IMG/VR virus record: IMGVR_UViG_2724679183_000002
Location: 76,933-140,932 of that record
DNA: 64,000 nucleotides
From: a virus
Taxonomy: Duplodnaviria > Caudoviricetes
Direction: 5' to 3' (one strand)
Below the pieces are notes generated by a model. It saw only the letters and a program-made list of their open reading frames with translations. It did no database searches and had not been told where the DNA came from. The position numbers and the translations under genes were made by a program. Of this stretch, positions 59,020 to 64,000 are shown one piece after another (within the stretch, counting starts at the first letter, position 1; the number at the start of each line of letters is the position of its first letter).

Positions 59020-59185
59020 AAGGAATCAAATTTAAAGGGATTAGGATGAATGTGACCAGCATCCACCCTAATCAATGGAGCTCACAGTGTTCTATTTCAT
59101 TGTATTCCAATCGGAATAATATTACAAGAATAAAAAAAAAGAAACCCTATGGGCTTTCGGATGTGAAATTAAGGAGGTAAGTAAA

Positions 59186-59371
59186 ATATCTGAGGATCAT
59201 AAGGACATTCATATACTGTACAACAAAATGGACAGACAGATGAGAACCATTAAAGAAGCCATAGAGAACAAAGATTATGAAAGAGCACACCGAAACCTAC
59301 TCAACCTTTCAGATAATAATGAAGAATTGATGCAGGAAATCAGGTGGACAAAGAAAGGGATTAAGATTTAA
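59186..59371 (+). CDS. 61 aa YotK-like protein with ATA start
   Basis: AAGGAGGT RBS 7 nt upstream. Confidence 0.55.
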   Translation: MSEDHKDIHILYNKMDRQMRTIKEAIENKDYERAHRNLLNLSDNNEELMQEIRWTKKGIKI

Positions 59372-59600
59372 CTATTCTTCTTTCTTTATGATTCCATTCA
59401 TACAGTTCTTCAATTGAACACCCAATGGCATCAGCAAAGGTCATACCTGTAGCTAGGTTCATATTTGCTTTAACTCCACTTACATAATCATTAATACGTT
59501 GTCTTGGATATCCTGTGCGATTAACCAAGTCGTCAATCGAAACATTATATTCAAACATTAATTCATTTAATCGTGGGCTTATTGGTTTCCACTGCTTCAT
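59361..59600 (-). CDS. yotL: YotL XRE-family HTH regulator
   Basis: RLNELM...SIDDLVNRTG...IGCSIEELY. Confidence 0.8.
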   Translation of the reverse strand: MKQWKPISPRLNELMFEYNVSIDDLVNRTGYPRQRINDYVSGVKANMNLATGMTFADAIGCSIEELYEWNHKERRIVKS

Positions 59601-59686
59601 TAGATACACTTCTTTCAATGTTAATTCAACATACAACAGTTTACCAAAGCTAGATTTTCATTTCAATAATTTAGGAGAGTGATTGA

Positions 59687-60286
59687 TTGGCAGCACCAAA
59701 TCAGGGGAAGGTTTTTGAAGCAAATATTCAACAGTCGGCAAAAGACCAGGGATTGTTCTTTTACAGAATTAAGGATGTTAATCCAATGGCATTGAAAAGA
59801 GGTTTTGGTGTTACAAAGAATAACTATGATTGTTTTCTTCATGCTCAGGGACATCTGTTCCCATTGGAACTTAAATCAATAAAAGCTAAGTCCATTCCTT
59901 TAGCAGAGAGCATGATTAAAGCAAATCAAATAAAGCATCTGAAGCAAGCAACAAAATTCAATAACGTCATTCCTGGTTTCTTGTTTCAGTTTAGAGAGCC
60001 TGAAAATAAAGTTTATTTCATACATATTGATGATTTCCTTACATATAAGAACATAGCTGAACATCAGTTACCACATACATATAAGAGTAAAGTCAATAAA
60101 GCCAGCATCCCAATTGCCATTTGTGAAGAGATTGGAACAGAAGTTCGCTGGATGAAGAAAAAAGTTAACTATACATATTATTTGAATAAGCTTTGCGATG
60201 ATTTGATTAAAAAATCCAAGGAATTGGACAACCCTTATAAATCATACATTGATGTCAAGTCATCAATAGGGGTGGTACATCAATGA
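59687..60286 (+). CDS. yotM: RecU-like Holliday junction resolvase
   Basis: GKVFE, YDC, LELKS, NQIKHL (PD-(D/E)xK pattern). Confidence 0.85.
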   Translation: MAAPNQGKVFEANIQQSAKDQGLFFYRIKDVNPMALKRGFGVTKNNYDCFLHAQGHLFPLELKSIKAKSIPLAESMIKANQIKHLKQATKFNNVIPGFLFQFREPENKVYFIHIDDFLTYKNIAEHQLPHTYKSKVNKASIPIAICEEIGTEVRWMKKKVNYTYYLNKLCDDLIKKSKELDNPYKSYIDVKSSIGVVHQ

Positions 60287-60429
60287 GCAAACGAAGAGAA
60301 TTCCCAGAGAACTACAAAGTAACAACTGAAATAACAGAGGAGGTGAAAAAGTGGGTTGAAGAAGTAATGAGTAGCAAAGAGTTTTATGACTTCGCAGCCA
60401 TGTTAATGTACAAGTACAAAAAAGTGTGA
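60283..60429 (+). CDS. 48 aa putative recombination directionality factor (SprB position)
   Basis: overlaps the yotM stop and precedes the integrase; function inferred from position only. Confidence 0.5.
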   Translation: MSKRREFPENYKVTTEITEEVKKWVEEVMSSKEFYDFAAMLMYKYKKV

Positions 60430-60435
60430 GTGCTC

Positions 60436-60463
60436 AGTATACCGTCACATTTGATGGTATACT
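60436..60463. promoter_or_regulatory. inverted repeat overlapping an extended -10 upstream of the integrase
   Basis: AGTATACCGTCA-CATT-TGATGGTATACT. Confidence 0.55.
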
Positions 60464-60514
60464 TCTTAACATATACAGACATAAAAGATAAAGCAATTAG
60501 GGGGAAGATAGCCA

Positions 60515-62209
60515 TTGCTTATATTAAAAGGAGATCAAAGGTTAACCACTGAGCAGATAATGACCCTTATTGGGAAAGTAAATGCTCTAATCTACGCAAG
60601 GGTGTCTACGACTGATCAAGCTAAAAAAGGATTCTCAATTGAATCTCAGTTGGAAAGGTGTAAAGAAAGAGCATTATCTAAATTTGGCTATAAGGAAAGT
60701 GAGTTGGTGGCGTTAATTGAACCAGGAGGAATGGGGGATGATCCTAATAGACCTGCTCTAAACCATGCGCTTTATTTATTAGAAAAAGGTTTAGGTAAGA
60801 AATTTTTAGTCCTTCATCCAGACCGATTAACAAGGGACAATACATTACAGGGAGTTGTCTCACGAAGAATTTGGGGAATGGGTGTGGATCTTGAATTTAT
60901 TGAATTTGAAGTAGACCCTAACAATCCTGAATCGATGTTGATGTACAACATTCAAGGTTCAATTGCGCAATATAATAAGGCAAAAATACTTGCTAATTCA
61001 AAACGGGGACGGCTGACCAAAGCAAAAAAAGGCGAATTTCCTTCATTTAAAAGGTTGTACGGCTACAAGTTTAATACAGTAACAGACCTTCCTGAGTACA
61101 ATGAAGAGGAAAAAGAAATATTGTTAGAGATGAAGGATATGTTACTTAGTAAAAAAATGTCCTCTAATGAAATTGCTAAAGAGCTTTCAAGAAGGGGAGT
61201 TGCAGCACCGAATGGAAAAACGTGGTTCCAGTCTACTGTAAGTAGAATGCTACAAAACGAAGATTACACCGGAGATTTTTATTACGGAAAGTCAAAAGTG
61301 GTTCAGTTAAACGGAAAGAAAAAACAAATTTCAACTCCAGAAGAAGAATGGATCTTAATCAAAATACCTCCAATATGGGATCATGATACACGAGATCAAA
61401 TAATTAAACAATTGAAAGCGAATTTTAAAGGAAGAAGTCGGTCAACAAGAGACTATTTATTAAAAGGGAAAGCAAGATGTGGGCGCTGTGGAGGCGCTTG
61501 TGGTTCAGGCATTACATCAAAAACTAAATCAGGGGTTTATAAATATTATTCCTGTCGAAATAAAAATGCAAAAGCATATCAAAATGGCAGAGAAATATAC
61601 AAATGCCAAGGGAAGAACTGGAGAGTTGACATTGTTGACGATGCTTTTTGGAAATGGTTCAAAAAACTTATAAAGAACCCACAAAAATTCTTGGAGCAGT
61701 TCTTGGAGGAAACCTCCAATGAGAAAAGCATTGAGGAGATAAAAAACAAGGTAGCTCGCTTAGAAAAACAACTTGAAGACATTGATTCTGAAATGGCTAA
61801 TTATGTAATTCTTTTCGGCAAAGGGAAAATTAAAGAAAGCATGTTCGATGAGTTAACAAAACCATTAGAGTTGAATAAAGAGCACCTCGAAAATGAATTG
61901 GATATACTCCAGTCGCAATTAAACACAAATAAGAAAGCCGAGGATAAAAACCAAAAAACAATAGAGTACATGAGCTCGTTTGCTGAAATGGTTGACAAAG
62001 ATTTATCAATGGCAGAGAAAAGGCAGTTTCTTGATTTCTTTATTGAAAAAGTCACGTTGTATGATGACGATCATATGGAGGTTGTATGGAGAAGCTCTTC
62101 GCTAAATGATGAAAACAATCAATCTGTGGATTTCAATAAGGCTGATCGGGGAGCTGAGTCTGATAATCAACATAAAAGATTAAACCATCTTCAAGCATAT
62201 GGAAGATAA
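60515..62209 (+). CDS. large serine recombinase (prophage integrase)
   Basis: YARVST..Q, RPAL, DRLTR, recombinase domain, Zn ribbon CGRCG...YYSC, coiled coil. Confidence 0.96.
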   Translation: MLILKGDQRLTTEQIMTLIGKVNALIYARVSTTDQAKKGFSIESQLERCKERALSKFGYKESELVALIEPGGMGDDPNRPALNHALYLLEKGLGKKFLVLHPDRLTRDNTLQGVVSRRIWGMGVDLEFIEFEVDPNNPESMLMYNIQGSIAQYNKAKILANSKRGRLTKAKKGEFPSFKRLYGYKFNTVTDLPEYNEEEKEILLEMKDMLLSKKMSSNEIAKELSRRGVAAPNGKTWFQSTVSRMLQNEDYTGDFYYGKSKVVQLNGKKKQISTPEEEWILIKIPPIWDHDTRDQIIKQLKANFKGRSRSTRDYLLKGKARCGRCGGACGSGITSKTKSGVYKYYSCRNKNAKAYQNGREIYKCQGKNWRVDIVDDAFWKWFKKLIKNPQKFLEQFLEETSNEKSIEEIKNKVARLEKQLEDIDSEMANYVILFGKGKIKESMFDELTKPLELNKEHLENELDILQSQLNTNKKAEDKNQKTIEYMSSFAEMVDKDLSMAEKRQFLDFFIEKVTLYDDDHMEVVWRSSSLNDENNQSVDFNKADRGAESDNQHKRLNHLQAYGR

Positions 62210-62210
62210 G
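62181..62210. other. attR prophage/host junction within spoVK
   Basis: host-like frame ...KHMEDKQ resumes at about 62191; ATCTTC/GAAGAT inverted repeat. Confidence 0.75.
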
Positions 62211-62609
62211 CAGCATGAATTTATTCTCATCCTTGCGGGATATTCGAGAGAAATGACGCATTTTCTCTCATTAAACCCAGGCCTGCAATCGCGCTTTCCC
62301 ATCAGTATCGACTTTCCGGATTACACGGTTACCCAGCTGATGGATATTGCAAAGCGCATGATTTTGGAACGGGAATACCAATTAAGCCAGGAAGCCGAAT
62401 GGAAATTGAAAGATTACTTAATGACAGTGAAAAGCACAACAAGTCCCATTAAATTCAGCAACGGCCGTTTTGTCAGAAATGTGATTGAAAAATCAATCCG
62501 CGCTCAGGCGATGAGACTTTTAATGGGAGACCAATACTTAAAGAGCGATCTGATGACAATTAAAAGCCAGGATTTATTCATAAAAGACGAAATGGCGGGC
62601 ATCGAATAA
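62191..62609 (+). pseudogene. spoVK: 3' part of spoVK (AAA ATPase), split by the prophage
   Basis: MEDKQHEFILILAGYSREM..FLSLNPGLQSRF...FSNGRFVRN. Confidence 0.93.
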
Positions 62610-62640
62610 CCTCTCAACCTGCTTGAGAGGTCTTTTTTTT
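62608..62640 (+). terminator. spoVK terminator
   Basis: ACCTCTCAA...TTGAGAGGT followed by a T run. Confidence 0.85.
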
Positions 62641-62737
62641 ATATCTCTCTTTAAAACCCGCCGGATGTGTGGTATACGCCCTGCGGGTTTGGTATGATAG
62701 TACTACTGCCCAATACGACACAGAAAGGAACATCCAT

Positions 62738-64000
62738 TTGAACGAACAGGAAGTAAAAAAGGAAACGGTCATATTGGTCGGCTGCCAGCTGCCGCACATG
62801 ACGGACGAGCATTTTGACCATTCGATGGACGAGCTTGCTTCACTTACGAAAACAGCTGACGGAACGGTGCTGACACGGATTACGCAAAAGCGAAACAGAG
62901 CGGATGCGGCTACATATATAGGCAAAGGGAAGGTAGAAGAGCTGAAGGCGTTATGTGAAGAGCTTGAAGCGAATCTGATCATTTTTAATGATGAGCTGTC
63001 ACCGAGCCAGCTCAAATCACTGGCGACTGCGATTGACGCAAAAATTATTGACCGCACGCAGCTCATTTTGGATATATTCGCAAAAAGGGCAAAAACACGG
63101 GAAGGAAAGCTTCAGATCGAATTAGCGCAGCTTCAGTATGCGCTTCCGAGGCTGAGCGGCCAAGGGATTAATCTCTCCAGACAAGGAGGGGGAATCGGAA
63201 CGAGGGGGCCGGGGGAAACAAAGCTTGAAACTGACCGGCGCCATATCAGAAACCGCATTCACGAAATTAACGTGCAGCTGTCAACGGTCATTCGCCACAG
63301 AAGCCGTTATCGGGAAAGACGGAAGAAAAACGGTGTGCTTCAGGCAGCGCTTGTCGGTTATACCAACGCGGGCAAATCAACGTGGTTTAATCGATTAACA
63401 AGCTCTGACAGCTACGAGGAAGATCTGCTGTTTGCGACGCTTGATCCGATGACAAGAAAAATGTCGCTTCCGAGCGGCTACAGCGTGCTGTTATCCGATA
63501 CGGTCGGGTTTATTCAAGACCTGCCGACGACTTTAATTGCCGCTTTCCGGTCTACACTGGAGGAAGTAAAAGAAGCAGACTTAATCATCCATGTGATTGA
63601 TTCCTCGAATGAGGATTACGCCGGACACGAAAATACCGTTCTCCGTCTTTTGAAAGAGCTTGAAGCAGATGACATTCCGGTTTTAACCGCCTATAACAAA
63701 CGGGACGAAACACACCCGGACTTTATTCCGACTTCAGGAAACGAGCACATTATGATCAGCGCCAGAATAGAAGGCGACGAAGCGAAATTAAAAGCGGAAA
63801 TCGAAGCCTATTTGCGCCGGGAGCTCCTGACGCCGTATGAGGCCCATGTGCCGGCTGCAGAAGGCAGGCTGATCTCGCGAATCAAATCAGAGACCATGAT
63901 CGACAGCCTTTATTTTAATGAAGAAAGTGAGCGCTACGAGATCTCCGGATGCGTTCAAGAAGAACAAAGCATACTCGGTGAGCTGAAGAAATTCATGTAA
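62738..64000 (+). CDS. hflX: GTPase HflX (YnbA)
   Basis: [30 protein letters not shown]; TTG start with GAAAGG RBS. Confidence 0.97.
   Translation: MNEQEVKKETVILVGCQLPHMTDEHFDHSMDELASLTKTADGTVLTRITQKRNRADAATYIGKGKVEELKALCEELEANLIIFNDELSPSQLKSLATAIDAKIIDRTQLILDIFAKRAKTREGKLQIELAQLQYALPRLSGQGINLSRQGGGIGTRGPGETKLETDRRHIRNRIHEINVQLSTVIRHRSRYRERRKKNGVLQAALVGYTNAGKSTWFNRLTSSDSYEEDLLFATLDPMTRKMSLPSGYSVLLSDTVGFIQDLPTTLIAAFRSTLEEVKEADLIIHVIDSSNEDYAGHENTVLRLLKELEADDIPVLTAYNKRDETHPDFIPTSGNEHIMISARIEGDEAKLKAEIEAYLRRELLTPYEAHVPAAEGRLISRIKSETMIDSLYFNEESERYEISGCVQEEQSILGELKKFM

Larger units (their letters stand above)
1..62190 (+). mobile_element. SPbeta-like prophage, right part (left part lies outside the window), integrated in spoVK
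   Basis: SPbeta yop/yoq/yor/yos/yot gene order, AT-rich, terminal serine recombinase, abrupt switch to GC-richer host spoVK 3'/hflX at about 62191. Confidence 0.96.

Noticed and set aside
1112-63066. Most short minus-strand and nested ORFs in the track (for example 2942, 6220, 11866, 31814, 46807, 62614)
   Set aside because: They are antisense or out-of-frame shadows of well-supported genes, with no RBS or recognisable motifs
1-64000. CRISPR array, tRNA or rRNA genes
   Set aside because: No regularly spaced direct repeats, cloverleaf or rRNA-like sequence seen by eye

Overview
Bases 1 to about 62190 are the right-hand (early/replication) part of an SPbeta-family Bacillus prophage. It is integrated in the sporulation gene spoVK, and host spoVK 3' end plus hflX follow. 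The prophage carries an arbitrium module (AimR, AimP with peptide GMPRGA), the yopM-yopR (sro) lysogeny operon, a replication block with a family A DNA polymerase, nucleotide-metabolism genes (nrdIEF, three dUTPases, thyA, dfrA) and three group I introns (polA, nrdE, nrdF). It also has defence/anti-defence genes (SEFIR, Gad1, a disrupted RnlB-like antitoxin, a MazE mimic), sporulation morons and a terminal serine recombinase whose stop codon lies in host-matching sequence at attR. The main unexplained signal is a palindrome, YTnnW-TRAAA-N6-TTTYA-WnnRR. I found 21 exact core copies plus variants by eye, placed at gene junctions of the accessory regions and not seen in the core blocks. It has the geometry of a tyrosine-recombinase site and divides the accessory genes into cassette-like modules. 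All homology calls are from recognition and memory, not database searches.
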